Source: a virus
Virus record (IMG/VR): IMGVR_UViG_3300013233_000167
Span: 1-64,000 of that record
Strand: one strand, 5' to 3'
Length of the DNA stretch: 64,000 bases
Shown here piece after piece: positions 1-8,769 of this stretch (position 1 is its first letter; every line of letters begins with the position of its first letter). The notes beneath the pieces are model-generated. The model did not search any database, had not been told where the DNA came from, and saw nothing but the letters and a program-made list of their open reading frames with translations. Made by a program: the position numbers and the translations under genes.

Positions 1-174
1 TATCTGCCCGGTGTCGGCGTCGCTCCACGGAAGGGCCTGTCCGAGAGGCTGGCTCGCAATCTCTTGGTCGAGCTGCGGCGGGATCAGGACGCCGTTCACC
101 TCAACGATCCTCGTTCCGAATCCAAACACCCCTCCCAAGGGGGCGGTTTTGACGATGCGTGAAGGGCAAGACAT
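1..174 (-). CDS. hypothetical protein, 5' part (runs off the window start)
   Basis: ATG at 174 with AAGGAG 6 nt upstream; frame stays open to position 1 (MSCPSRIVKTAPLGG...). Confidence 0.6.
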   Translation of the reverse strand, partial: MSCPSRIVKTAPLGGVFGFGTRIVEVNGVLIPPQLDQEIASQPLGQALPWSDADTGQI

Positions 175-267
175 GAACAACTCCTTGGACTCTAGGCGCG
201 CATACGATCACACAACTTCTCGATTAGCTTGATTAGCTTGATTCGACAGGAAGCAAACCTAATGCGT

Positions 268-972
268 CTAAGGTCGCTTGACCCAAACGGGGCTGATCGA
301 AATGCTCGCCACGTCGAAAAAATGCGTCATGGGCCAAGCATGACCATCCGGCCAGTGAGACACCTGCCAGTCGATGTCGAGAACCACGGCCACCTCAGTA
401 CCGGGTGCCGTACCGGGTATCCAACTGGGACTCAGATCGTCGTATTGGAACGGTCCGGGAGGACTCGAAGATCCAGGTCCCCAATAGACCGTCTGATCAC
501 CGGCCGCGTAGGCAGATTCCCAAGTATCGGTGTCCAAATACTGAGCAGGAGTCGCCGGTGCCGTCGGCCCCCAGTTGGTGATCGCCTGACTCGTCCAAGC
601 CCATCCAGCAAAGTAGATTCCCGGAGGCGATTGTCCCAGCGGAAGGTCAGCGGGCTCGAAGCGAAGCTTGATCTGAGCACCGTCCCAAACGGCGGGCGGC
701 GCGTAAGGAATTCCAGGATGCGACACGCTAGAACGATTCTGTCCACCCGAGACGACCTGACCGTCGAGGGTGTAACGCACGCGCAACACATAGGCGGACG
801 AATCATCTCCGTCCGGGAGCGGAGGGATCTTGAAAGTACCGAGCGCCTGATCCCCGTAGACGCGGCCCTGGAAAGCAAACGCGGGGCGCTGCGTCTGCGT
901 TGCGCCAGAGAACTGAGAAGTAAACAACACGGAGGCAACGAACGCCGCGATGGCTATGTAGCTAGGTTTCAT
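268..972 (-). CDS. putative secreted protein, Pro/Trp/Gly-rich
   Basis: Likely start MKPSYIAIAAFVASVLFTSQFSGA resembles a Sec signal peptide. Confidence 0.65.
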   Translation of the reverse strand: MKPSYIAIAAFVASVLFTSQFSGATQTQRPAFAFQGRVYGDQALGTFKIPPLPDGDDSSAYVLRVRYTLDGQVVSGGQNRSSVSHPGIPYAPPAVWDGAQIKLRFEPADLPLGQSPPGIYFAGWAWTSQAITNWGPTAPATPAQYLDTDTWESAYAAGDQTVYWGPGSSSPPGPFQYDDLSPSWIPGTAPGTEVAVVLDIDWQVSHWPDGHAWPMTHFFDVASISISPVWVKRP

Positions 973-1152
973 GTTTGGGTATTCGGGTAGGTGTTTTGGT
1001 TCATGGCCTATGAGCGAGACGCGCGCAGGCATTCAATCGTGCAGTAAGGGCCTGTGCTGTTCTGACCGTACCACTTCATGCCCACGACGCGCATCACAGC
1101 CCCACAGTGTTGGCACCAGCCTTGCGAGGGGGAGAATCCCGAGCTGTTTTCG

Positions 1153-1434
1153 TCAGGGTGTCTCACAGGGCCAGTCTACAAAGTGTGGGTATCGAGCGCA
1201 GCACGCCCCACAGAAAAGCTCCCAGCTCGCAGGCAACCGACCACGGCGCATGATCTCGTCCCACAGCGCCTCCGGCTTCCCGCGCCGCACGATGCGCACG
1301 GTGCTGCAACCCGCGCACGTCAGCCGCAGAGACTTGACGCGCCGAACACCGCGCGAGATCAGCCACGCGCCCTCATCTGATATCGGGTACACCGACGGGA
1401 CGATACAAGGCGAAGAGCGTGCGGACGAGCGCAC
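1153..1434 (-). CDS. small Cys-rich hypothetical protein (CxxC...CxxC)
   Basis: CAGC and CGAC pairs; start uncertain. Confidence 0.4.
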   Translation of the reverse strand: MRSSARSSPCIVPSVYPISDEGAWLISRGVRRVKSLRLTCAGCSTVRIVRRGKPEALWDEIMRRGRLPASWELFCGACCARYPHFVDWPCETP

Positions 1435-1576
1435 GATCAGCAGCCGTGAGACGCCGCTTGATAGCCGTGAGCTGAACGCGGTGATCGTGCTGGAGCGTAG
1501 CGTGTCGGATCAGCCACCACAGACGCCTCTGATCCGGGTCTCGACTGAGCGATCTGGAGAAGCTCAGCAGGTTCAT
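1373..1576 (-). CDS. hypothetical protein
   Basis: MNLLSFSR start overlaps the stop of the upstream ORF (ATGA). Confidence 0.45.
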   Translation of the reverse strand: MNLLSFSRSLSRDPDQRRLWWLIRHATLQHDHRVQLTAIKRRLTAADRALVRTLFALYRPVGVPDIR

Positions 1577-1863
1577 CCGCCGACCATCCCTGTGCGGTCC
1601 TCGATCCTCTGCGCCAGCCACTCGACCCCACGCTCCGCGAGTGCAGGGTCGGGACGCAAAGGGCGTCGATCTACGGCGGGCAATCGCTCGTCTCGTAGGG
1701 AGGGAGTGTGACCCCCCACGACAGCGAGTCTGGAAACTGGTGCTTTCAGGTCGTTTCGTGGACCCAGGTATCCGTGAGGGAGCCCCATCTCGATCTCCAT
1801 TAGACGCCACGGCATCACTCGGCCCAACGACCTATACAGCGTGCCCTCCATCGCTTCCACCAC
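1573..1863 (-). CDS. hypothetical protein
   Basis: Packed in the co-directional gene run. Confidence 0.45.
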   Translation of the reverse strand: MVEAMEGTLYRSLGRVMPWRLMEIEMGLPHGYLGPRNDLKAPVSRLAVVGGHTPSLRDERLPAVDRRPLRPDPALAERGVEWLAQRIEDRTGMVGG

Positions 1864-1870
1864 CTGAGCA

Positions 1871-2476
1871 TCACACCGCCTCCGTGGACTGCGTGTCGCG
1901 GACCGGGGTGTTGGAGATGCTGCCGTCCTTCCCTCCTCGCAAAGAGTGAGCGCAACCGTCGCTAAGGCCCACGAGCGCGTCGCGCCAGGCTTCAGCTTTC
2001 TCTACTGGAATCTGCGCGCTGTAGTGGCTGTTGATCGCGCCAATGCTCACCTTCCGGGACCGGCTGATCTTGCTCAGCGCATCGCCCAACGCCGCCTCTA
2101 GTTTCTCGATGCGCTTCTTGTCATCGCTAAACTTTCTGCGCACGCGAAGGGAATAGTCTACATATTCAGAAAATGGAGGCGGATCCGCAAGTTCATCATC
2201 CGATGCACCAATATTCCGCATGTGGTCCTTCCAAGGGATGCGCTCTGTTTCGAACACGTCGCCCAGCACAACCCCGAAGCAAATATTAGTCACCGACTCG
2301 TCCCAACCATCACCAGCGGCGAGTCGGAATTCCTCCAACTCTGTTGCGGCTGCATCCTCGGCCTCGGCGCATGTTTCGTGTAGGTCGAAGCCTGTCTCGG
2401 GCGAATATGAGAAATAGACATTGGCCATAGTTCCGATCAACGTCAGTTCCGCTTCTTCTACTGTGTCGTCAGGCAT
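1871..2476 (-). CDS. phage hypothetical protein
   Basis: Likely start MPDDTVEE; globular acidic composition (YFSYSPETGFDLHET). Confidence 0.65.
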   Translation of the reverse strand: MPDDTVEEAELTLIGTMANVYFSYSPETGFDLHETCAEAEDAAATELEEFRLAAGDGWDESVTNICFGVVLGDVFETERIPWKDHMRNIGASDDELADPPPFSEYVDYSLRVRRKFSDDKKRIEKLEAALGDALSKISRSRKVSIGAINSHYSAQIPVEKAEAWRDALVGLSDGCAHSLRGGKDGSISNTPVRDTQSTEAV

Positions 2477-2511
2477 CAGCCTTGCTCCTCGTATTTCTCG
2501 GATCCACGCCG

Positions 2512-2901
2512 TCACTGAACGCCGCTGATGACAATCGAGTTCGAGAGGTTGAATCCGTTGGTGGTCGCGTCCCGATACCACGCCTGCGCGGTGGAGCCTG
2601 CGGGCGGCAGGTCGAACGTCGCAGCACCCGTGCCGTCGTAGACATTGGGGGACGACCGCTGCGCCGCTCCCAACAGGACGCACAGCTCGCCGTCACCAAA
2701 CGGGATCGGGTCTCCGAACGCACCGTTTGAGTAGATGACGATGCAGGTAGTCATCGGTGGACCTCCGAAGCTCTGCAACGAATCCGGGGTCTCGGCCAAC
2801 GTGGCTCCCGGTCCCGCACTGTTGGGGCTCGTGTCGCATTCGGTAGCGAGAGCACAGGGGAGCGTCGCGGCGAATAGGCAAAACAGGATGAAGTTTCTCA
2901 T
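2512..2901 (-). CDS. secreted protein made of a stand-alone planctomycete-type C-terminal domain
   Basis: Signal peptide MRNFILFCLFAATLPCALA followed by CxTSPNSAGPGA...PFGDGELCV...QAWYRD...GFNLSN. Confidence 0.7.
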   Translation of the reverse strand: MRNFILFCLFAATLPCALATECDTSPNSAGPGATLAETPDSLQSFGGPPMTTCIVIYSNGAFGDPIPFGDGELCVLLGAAQRSSPNVYDGTGAATFDLPPAGSTAQAWYRDATTNGFNLSNSIVISGVQ

Positions 2902-2950
2902 TTCTGATTGGGGTTGAAGGGTTGTTGGAAAAGAAAGTGAATCGCAGTCG

Positions 2951-3442
2951 TCACGCGCTCGGGGAATCCTCGGGCGTCTGGTCATGCGGCGGCTCCTCGG
3001 TGGGCTCTGAGAACACATCAGCGAGCACGCGCCCCACAGGCGTCAGGGCCGTGATCTCGCGCCCGTACCACTGCTCGCGCGCCTTGAGGGCGCGGTCGTA
3101 CGTGGCGAGGCAGCCCGTCAGGTACTCAGCGAGGATGAAGTCCGGGGTGTCGGACCCGTTCTCGGCGCAGTGCCGGTTGATCGTCTTCTCGAACTCGGCC
3201 CGCATCTCGTGGCGCTCGGGCGCTGATCCGGCCAGCCAGTTCGAGACCTGCGTGAGCTTGCCATTCAGGTCGTCGAGGCGTTTCTCTGGGTCGATGTGGT
3301 CAAGCATCGAATCGACCTGTGCGTTCGCAGCAAGGTCGTCTTGGATCGCCGCCTCGTAGGCGGCTATGCTCTCGGGGCTCTCCTGCTCGCCGCTCCGTAC
3401 CATTGAGCGGTAGAGCGCCAATGCTTCTGTGATCTTGGTCAT
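2951..3442 (-). CDS. phage hypothetical protein
   Basis: Start MTKITEAL overlaps the upstream stop; contains ENGSDTPDFILAEYL. Confidence 0.7.
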   Translation of the reverse strand: MTKITEALALYRSMVRSGEQESPESIAAYEAAIQDDLAANAQVDSMLDHIDPEKRLDDLNGKLTQVSNWLAGSAPERHEMRAEFEKTINRHCAENGSDTPDFILAEYLTGCLATYDRALKAREQWYGREITALTPVGRVLADVFSEPTEEPPHDQTPEDSPSA

Positions 3443-3666
3443 CGGTTCGTCGGTAGGTTGAGCTGGCGGAGGTCCGTCTCGACGTGGGGATCCCACTCGT
3501 GCTTGACGGCTCGGGCCAGCAGTTCTCGGGTGAAGATGAGTTCCTGCATGATGGGATGCTCGGTGCAGACGCGGATGTGGGCTTCGAGGATCTCTCGGGG
3601 GATCGGCTTCGCGCCCACGTACTTCTCGCCACAGAACGCGCAGTTGAGCTTCTCGTGCTCAGTCAT
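3439..3666 (-). CDS. small Zn-finger-like protein
   Basis: CAFC...HIRVC..HP. Confidence 0.65.
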   Translation of the reverse strand: MTEHEKLNCAFCGEKYVGAKPIPREILEAHIRVCTEHPIMQELIFTRELLARAVKHEWDPHVETDLRQLNLPTNR

Positions 3667-4078
3667 CCCGCGCCTCCATGTCGAAGCCCTCGGTCGTCAC
3701 GTTGATCTTGATCCCAGGAATGCGCACGGTGTCGCCCGCGCTGACGTACAGGGTGTTGAAGGTGAAGTCGCCTCCCCCTCCGTGCAGGCTCGCACGGAGC
3801 GTGCACACGTTCCGCCCGGTGCCGAGGTCGCTGACCAGCACCTCCTTGATCCACCCCGTTCCGCACAGGTCGAACTCGATGACGCCGCGCTCACCGTCGC
3901 GCGGGTGTGATTCACCGCGACCAATCAGCACGTTCGCGTCCGAGAAGAGCTGGATCTCCAGGTGCGAGTCCTCAAAGCCGCGCTCGGCCGCCTCCCGCAC
4001 AACGATGGGCGGAGCTGCCGCGACGGCGACGGCCGCCGTGCAGAGCTTGAGGAAGTCACGGCGGAGCATTACCACCAA
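3659..4078 (-). CDS. hypothetical protein with twin-arginine (Tat)-like leader
   Basis: LRRDFLK followed by an Ala-rich hydrophobic stretch. Confidence 0.6.
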   Translation of the reverse strand: MVVMLRRDFLKLCTAAVAVAAAPPIVVREAAERGFEDSHLEIQLFSDANVLIGRGESHPRDGERGVIEFDLCGTGWIKEVLVSDLGTGRNVCTLRASLHGGGGDFTFNTLYVSAGDTVRIPGIKINVTTEGFDMEARDD

Positions 4079-4154
4079 TCTCCATTCGTTGCGCAGTCGT
4101 GCATCACGCAGAGCACGAGCACCGCCAAGCTGCCGTAGATGAGCACGCTGAGAA

Positions 4155-4592
4155 TCATCGCTTCGCCAACCACACGTTCATCGGGATGTTGTAGTGCAGC
4201 ACGCCTCCTGGCGAGAGCTGCGCCATGCGAAACTTGCCCTTGAAGCCGGACAGCTCACCGAAGAGCCGCTGCACCGTCTTGTCAATCACGGACGCGGCGA
4301 CATAAACGGCCGGTATCTGAGGCATCCGCTCCAAGATCTCCTTGTAGATCGGCAGCTCGGTATCGTCGTGCAGACTCGCCGAGACGTGCACGCCCTCGTG
4401 CCGGTCCGGGCCGTACAGGTCACGACTCACGATCATCCGAATCCCCACCGCGAAGTCGAAGACATGCCGCTGTTGCGCGCCCGGCCGTCCGTCGCCTTCC
4501 GTACCGTCATACGGTCCTGCGTCGATCGCCTCTTGGAAGCGGGCGCGCATCGTGTCGAACGACTCGTTGTTGAGGGGTACGGTCGGCATCAC
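4155..4592 (-). CDS. hypothetical protein
   Basis: Coupled ORF with typical composition. Confidence 0.65.
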   Translation of the reverse strand: MMPTVPLNNESFDTMRARFQEAIDAGPYDGTEGDGRPGAQQRHVFDFAVGIRMIVSRDLYGPDRHEGVHVSASLHDDTELPIYKEILERMPQIPAVYVAASVIDKTVQRLFGELSGFKGKFRMAQLSPGGVLHYNIPMNVWLAKR

Positions 4593-4789
4593 TTGGCTAC
4601 ATGGGCGCGTACTATGCAGTCCTTGGCTTCGAGGAGCTTACGCAGACCCACGGTCGTCTCGGCGTTGCTGGGGGCCGACGTGGCGATCTGATGCGCTAGG
4701 TCGTGGAACGGCTTCGACGTGGCTTGCAGGTGCTCGGGAAGATGCTCGTATGCGAAGAACTGGAGGAGTGCTTGGGTTGCGGGGTGCAT
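4589..4789 (-). CDS. small helical phage protein, candidate Acb2/Tad1-hairpin-like
   Basis: FFAYEHLPEHLQ..SKPF..LA...GLRKLLEAKDC.VRA is a widespread phage family; the link to sponge proteins is tentative. Confidence 0.6.
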   Translation of the reverse strand: MHPATQALLQFFAYEHLPEHLQATSKPFHDLAHQIATSAPSNAETTVGLRKLLEAKDCIVRAHVAK

Positions 4790-5220
4790 TACTTGGCCTT
4801 GGATTTCAGGGAGGACTTCTTCTTGCGGGCGATCTGGACGGACTCCGGTTGGAGCGCGTCGTCGTCGCTCACCTTGGTCATGCAGTCGGGCTCGTGCATC
4901 GCCTTGAGCGCCACGTCACCGTACTTGAGGTCGTGGCCCGCATACTGACCGAAGATCACCCGGTCGCCAACCTCGACGCTCAGCGGCACGCGCTCGCCCG
5001 ACAAGGGAGAGCGTGCACCGGGTCCGCGCGCGACCACGGTGCCGGACTGCGCCGTCATGTTCTGCGTCGTGGCCTCGGGCAACAGAATGCCGCCGCTCGT
5101 GACCTTCTCGGCCGTGTCGAGCGCCACGATCACCACGTCGTTGAGGGGCTCGAAGAGCCGCACGATCTTCTTGAGGTCGTCCGGCGAGATAGGGGTGATT
5201 TCAGTCAGTTGATTGGTCAT
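4789..5220 (-). CDS. groES: co-chaperonin GroES
   Basis: PLNDVVIV, mobile loop TSGGILLP, GTVVARGPG, VEVGDRVIFGQYAG. Confidence 0.95.
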   Translation of the reverse strand: MTNQLTEITPISPDDLKKIVRLFEPLNDVVIVALDTAEKVTSGGILLPEATTQNMTAQSGTVVARGPGARSPLSGERVPLSVEVGDRVIFGQYAGHDLKYGDVALKAMHEPDCMTKVSDDDALQPESVQIARKKKSSLKSKAK

Positions 5221-5227
5221 CAGAGAG

Positions 5228-5698
5228 TCATAGTTGCGGTGGGTACTTGGCGTTGCCGTCGTAGATAGGTCCGTGGAGGTCTTTAGACGCTCCCGGATTC
5301 GTGGTCGGGAACGGCATCCACGGATGGCCGAGCCACGCGATCAGTTCCTTGCCGACGCCCTCGGGGTCTTGGACGAAGGCTTCGTAGCTGACCAGCTTCA
5401 CCGGAGCGTCGAGCGCCACGACAGCGTTGAAGACGCCCTTGCGACACGCGGCCTCCGGCCATGCTCCCGGTTCGAGGTTGATCTTCTTCATGCTCAGCAC
5501 CCGCACCCTCGGGTTGCGGACCGGGATGATGAAGCGCGTGTTGCCGGTCTCGAACACCGGGGCAGGCTCGCTGCCGTGCCAGACCGTGCACTTCTCCCCC
5601 TGCCAGTTGGGGTCGCGGCGACGCTGACGAATGCAGCGCAGCACCATCGCCCGAATGACGTGGTTACCGGAGCGCGGGAGTCCACAGATCAGGATCAC
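5228..5698 (-). CDS. sulfotransferase-family protein (compact)
   Basis: 5'-PSB loop GLPRSGN, 3'-PB motif IPVRNP, VSYEAFVQDP...LIAWLG. Confidence 0.75.
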   Translation of the reverse strand: MILICGLPRSGNHVIRAMVLRCIRQRRRDPNWQGEKCTVWHGSEPAPVFETGNTRFIIPVRNPRVRVLSMKKINLEPGAWPEAACRKGVFNAVVALDAPVKLVSYEAFVQDPEGVGKELIAWLGHPWMPFPTTNPGASKDLHGPIYDGNAKYPPQL

Positions 5699-5726
5699 GA
5701 CGCGATCCTGGACGCTGGGTCCAGCC

Positions 5727-5752
5727 TAGAAAGAGGCCCTCGCGGGGCCTTA
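5727..5752 (-). terminator. putative intrinsic terminator
   Basis: Minus strand AGGCCC-CGCGA-GGGCCT followed by CTTTCT, in the gap after the 5776 ORF. Confidence 0.45.
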
Positions 5753-5775
5753 GATGGCGTTTGTCGCACGGGCTC

Positions 5776-6051
5776 CTAGGTGTGGGGGTTCAGAACCGTA
5801 GGGCCGTTACACTCGGGGAGCCCTCCCGAACTGACATCAGGATCTCGCTTCTCGTAGCTTATTTTCGGCAGGTCTCCACGCAACCGAGCAGCAGCCTGCT
5901 GAGCAGCCAGCTCATCGTCGCCGAAATCCCAGACAGCACGGTCGTCCACGCAGCTATCGGCTTCTCTCCCAACCACTTCGGCAGCGCGGATGTGCAGATC
6001 CTCGTCCTTGTGGATAAATGTAGTGATGTACGTCACGAATGATTTCCTCAC
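5776..6051 (-). CDS. hypothetical protein
   Basis: Coupled ORF. Confidence 0.55.
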   Translation of the reverse strand: MRKSFVTYITTFIHKDEDLHIRAAEVVGREADSCVDDRAVWDFGDDELAAQQAAARLRGDLPKISYEKRDPDVSSGGLPECNGPTVLNPHT

Positions 6052-6488
6052 GTTTCAGAGGAGGGCTTCTTCGGCCCTCTGTTTCGGATATAGCCCGCCA
6101 TTCCTTCGAGGAACTTGGGCACCTCGGCCGCGTCCATGCTCGACACGTAACTCGCCAGAGCCTTATCGTCTTGATCGACGCCGGGCTCACCGAAGCGGGT
6201 CACGAGAAGCACGAATCCACGCCGACTTGGTAGACGGCGATCAATCTCCATCGCCAATGTTTGCAGCACCGCCTCCTGCGCGATGTCAGCAGGGACCGGC
6301 GTGGTGTGCGCGTTCAACTTGCAGCCGCTCTCCTTCGTGGGAGTCTCTCCGATGCAGCTATCGAGACGCTTCCCGCAGTAGTGGCACTTATGCGCACGCT
6401 TGCAGTCGCGGCGGCGCACCGACTCCTCGAAGATCGCGTCGTCGTTGTACTCTTCGAGTTCAATGGGGAGGTCAATGGGGTAACTCAT
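6048..6488 (-). CDS. hypothetical protein, Cys-rich N-half
   Basis: Start MSYPIDLP overlaps the upstream stop; CHYC and further Cys residues. Confidence 0.6.
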   Translation of the reverse strand: MSYPIDLPIELEEYNDDAIFEESVRRRDCKRAHKCHYCGKRLDSCIGETPTKESGCKLNAHTTPVPADIAQEAVLQTLAMEIDRRLPSRRGFVLLVTRFGEPGVDQDDKALASYVSSMDAAEVPKFLEGMAGYIRNRGPKKPSSET

Positions 6489-7174
6489 GCGAGAGTCCTC
6501 ACGCGCACACGCTCGCGCTCGATGTACCAGACCGCCTTGGCGAGATCTCGGTCGTGCTCTTCTCCGGGCTTGAGCCCTGCGCGCCACACGTACTTCATAG
6601 CCGCCGCGATGTTCGCGGTCATGTGCTCATTCACGTCGGTGCACTCGATCCCCGCAGGGTGACTGCAATAATGTGCGGGGTGATTCACAGGGTCGGATAC
6701 TTTTGCAGAAGCTCCTTCGCCCACGCGACCAAATCGACCACCCGCGAACCTGTTCTCATCTTCAGCCTTCTCAAGCAAAGTGAACCGTACCGATGCGTCG
6801 GCCATCGGTTCCGCGCTGTACTGCAACTCACACGGCGTTTCGCGGATCTCAAACTCCGCGAGAACTTTGCCGTCCTGCACAAGACGCACCCAGGATGCGG
6901 GCTTGCCTTCAATCTCATCGACAACAACAGCCGTAGTCGCAGAATCATGCAGCGGCGCAGAGAGCGGATCCGGCTGCTTGTCCTCCTCACGACAACGCCT
7001 GAACGCAATGCCCGCGCGCGCAAGGGCTCCCTCTATATACCGCGCGCGAGCCTCCGGCAAACACGCCTTGCTGTGCCCGAGGGTTTCGGTGCGGTAGCAA
7101 CAGCCATAGCGGCTCTCTGCGCCTTCGTCCCCGCTCTTCTCCAGCGGGACACCTAGTTCATATATCTGGGTCAT
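6485..7174 (-). CDS. DUF3310-domain protein
   Basis: C-terminal DPVNHPAHY...IEC...KYVWRAGLK...DLAKAVWYIERE; GGAGG RBS. Confidence 0.85.
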   Translation of the reverse strand: MTQIYELGVPLEKSGDEGAESRYGCCYRTETLGHSKACLPEARARYIEGALARAGIAFRRCREEDKQPDPLSAPLHDSATTAVVVDEIEGKPASWVRLVQDGKVLAEFEIRETPCELQYSAEPMADASVRFTLLEKAEDENRFAGGRFGRVGEGASAKVSDPVNHPAHYCSHPAGIECTDVNEHMTANIAAAMKYVWRAGLKPGEEHDRDLAKAVWYIERERVRVRTLA

Positions 7175-7246
7175 GCTCGATACCTCCCCGAACGATGATC
7201 GGGATAACGGAGGAGCCGCACTCAGGGGGGCGGCACGGACTCCCCC

Positions 7247-7288
7247 TCACGACATCGCGGTTAGTCCATCACGACATCACGGTCAGTC
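7247..7288. repeat. tandem 20-bp direct repeat with 22-bp period (operator-like)
   Basis: tcacgacatcgcggttagtc / tcacgacatcacggtcagtc, 18/20 identical, intergenic. Confidence 0.65.
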
Positions 7289-7356
7289 TAACAGCTAAAC
7301 GTAGCCTCGACAACGCTAGATCGTCGCATTTCTCCCAAAGCGCCGAGAGGCGCGGT

Positions 7357-7773
7357 TCAGCGGTCCCCGGCGGCCTTCTTGGCGGCCTTCTTGGCGGGCT
7401 CGATCCCCTGACCACGCAGGACGCTCTCCAGGTCCATCTGAACGGCGCTGAACGCCTCATCGGCGTCCTCACCCGCATACGTGGTGGTCGGCTCCACAGG
7501 CTCCTCTGTGGACTCATCGACCCCTGCCAACTCCGCAGGGATGTCGTGGGTAGGGCCGCCGTGCTCGTGGAAGAACAGCACCACCATGTCCTGCATGGTC
7601 TTGCGGATCTCACGCAGCTCCTCATCCTGGCGAGTGTCCTCCTTCGCGTCGGATTCCAACGCGGAGACACGAGAGACGAGTTCGATATGACTGACTGCGA
7701 ACCAGCTCGCTATGCCGATCACCGCCGTCCCAAGGGACGTGAGCATAGCTTTGGTAGAGACGTTGACTTGCAT
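7357..7773 (-). CDS. membrane-anchored coiled-coil protein
   Basis: N-terminal TM segment (LTSLGTAVIGIASWFAV) followed by a coiled-coil. Confidence 0.7.
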   Translation of the reverse strand: MQVNVSTKAMLTSLGTAVIGIASWFAVSHIELVSRVSALESDAKEDTRQDEELREIRKTMQDMVVLFFHEHGGPTHDIPAELAGVDESTEEPVEPTTTYAGEDADEAFSAVQMDLESVLRGQGIEPAKKAAKKAAGDR

Positions 7774-7776
7774 GGC

Positions 7777-8337
7777 TCAGTCCTTGCCGAGTGTTTCAAT
7801 CGAGAGATCGCAGACGGGCGCGATATTGACAGCGTAGACCATGAGCCCGATCGGCGTCGGCTTGCCATTGTAGATCGGGATCTTCCACGCACGGAAAGCG
7901 CGATCCTCGCCACCCCAGCGCAACGTCGTCAAGTAACCGTACATGCCTTCGCCGGTGCGGATCACCACGGCGTCATCGGCGCGACACCGCGCTACTTGTT
8001 CAGCCGGGTAGAACTCGTCCGGCAAGTGCCCCACCATGTCGGACGGCGTGAGATCGAAACCCTTTGCCGCGTACTCGTTCACGCGAAGGTAATGGCTGTC
8101 CAACGACTTGAAGACGAGAAGCGCGGGGATGAAATGGAAGAGGCGCTCCAGCTCGTAGACGGCTTTGTCACGCGCTTCTTCGGCCGCTATGCGCGCGCTC
8201 TCCGCGCGTTCGAGGCGCTCGTCAAGCCCCCGAGCTTCGTAAAGGATCCGTTCGGATTCGTTACGCCCCGTGCGCAAACGGAGCACGGACGGACGTTCAC
8301 CGACATGCCTACGCACTACGCTCTCGATAAGACCCAT
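7777..8337 (-). CDS. stand-alone PAS-domain protein
   Basis: Coiled-coil then LFHFIPALLVFKSLDSHYLRVN...MVG...FYPAEQ...DDAVVIRTG...KIPIY...GLMVYAVNI, a PAS_4-like pattern; GGAGG RBS. Confidence 0.85.
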   Translation of the reverse strand: MGLIESVVRRHVGERPSVLRLRTGRNESERILYEARGLDERLERAESARIAAEEARDKAVYELERLFHFIPALLVFKSLDSHYLRVNEYAAKGFDLTPSDMVGHLPDEFYPAEQVARCRADDAVVIRTGEGMYGYLTTLRWGGEDRAFRAWKIPIYNGKPTPIGLMVYAVNIAPVCDLSIETLGKD

Positions 8338-8338
8338 A

Positions 8339-8614
8339 TCACCTCCCCCCTACGTTGCCGTTTGAAGACTCCACGCGCTCGATCTCGTGCGCTGCCGCTT
8401 TCACAACAGAGCTGACCACGTACGTCGAGATCGTTCCGCCGACAAGAACCAACACGCCTACGAGCAGGCCAACCTTCACGACCAACACGCCCATCTGCAC
8501 GCGGATCTCCATGATCGCGTCTTCGAGCGCGTCCTGGCGTCGATTCGACGACTCCATGTGCGCGATAATGAGCTTCCGGTAGTCCTGGAAGCTGCCGTCC
8601 TGTTCGTCGCTCAT
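8339..8614 (-). CDS. small membrane protein (holin-like)
   Basis: Coiled-coil followed by one long hydrophobic segment. Confidence 0.65.
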   Translation of the reverse strand: MSDEQDGSFQDYRKLIIAHMESSNRRQDALEDAIMEIRVQMGVLVVKVGLLVGVLVLVGGTISTYVVSSVVKAAAHEIERVESSNGNVGGR

Positions 8615-8769
8615 TTAGTCTGGTCACCTTGCTCGAAGCCGCAGTTATACGAGCGCGAGGCCCGTCACCGACGAGATGTAAGTCCCGTCTGTGACGGGTT
8701 GATGTCGCGGACCCACAAGGACCGCTCAGAGAACTCTCCGAAGCGCAAGCGCCTCGTCGAACGTGCAGA

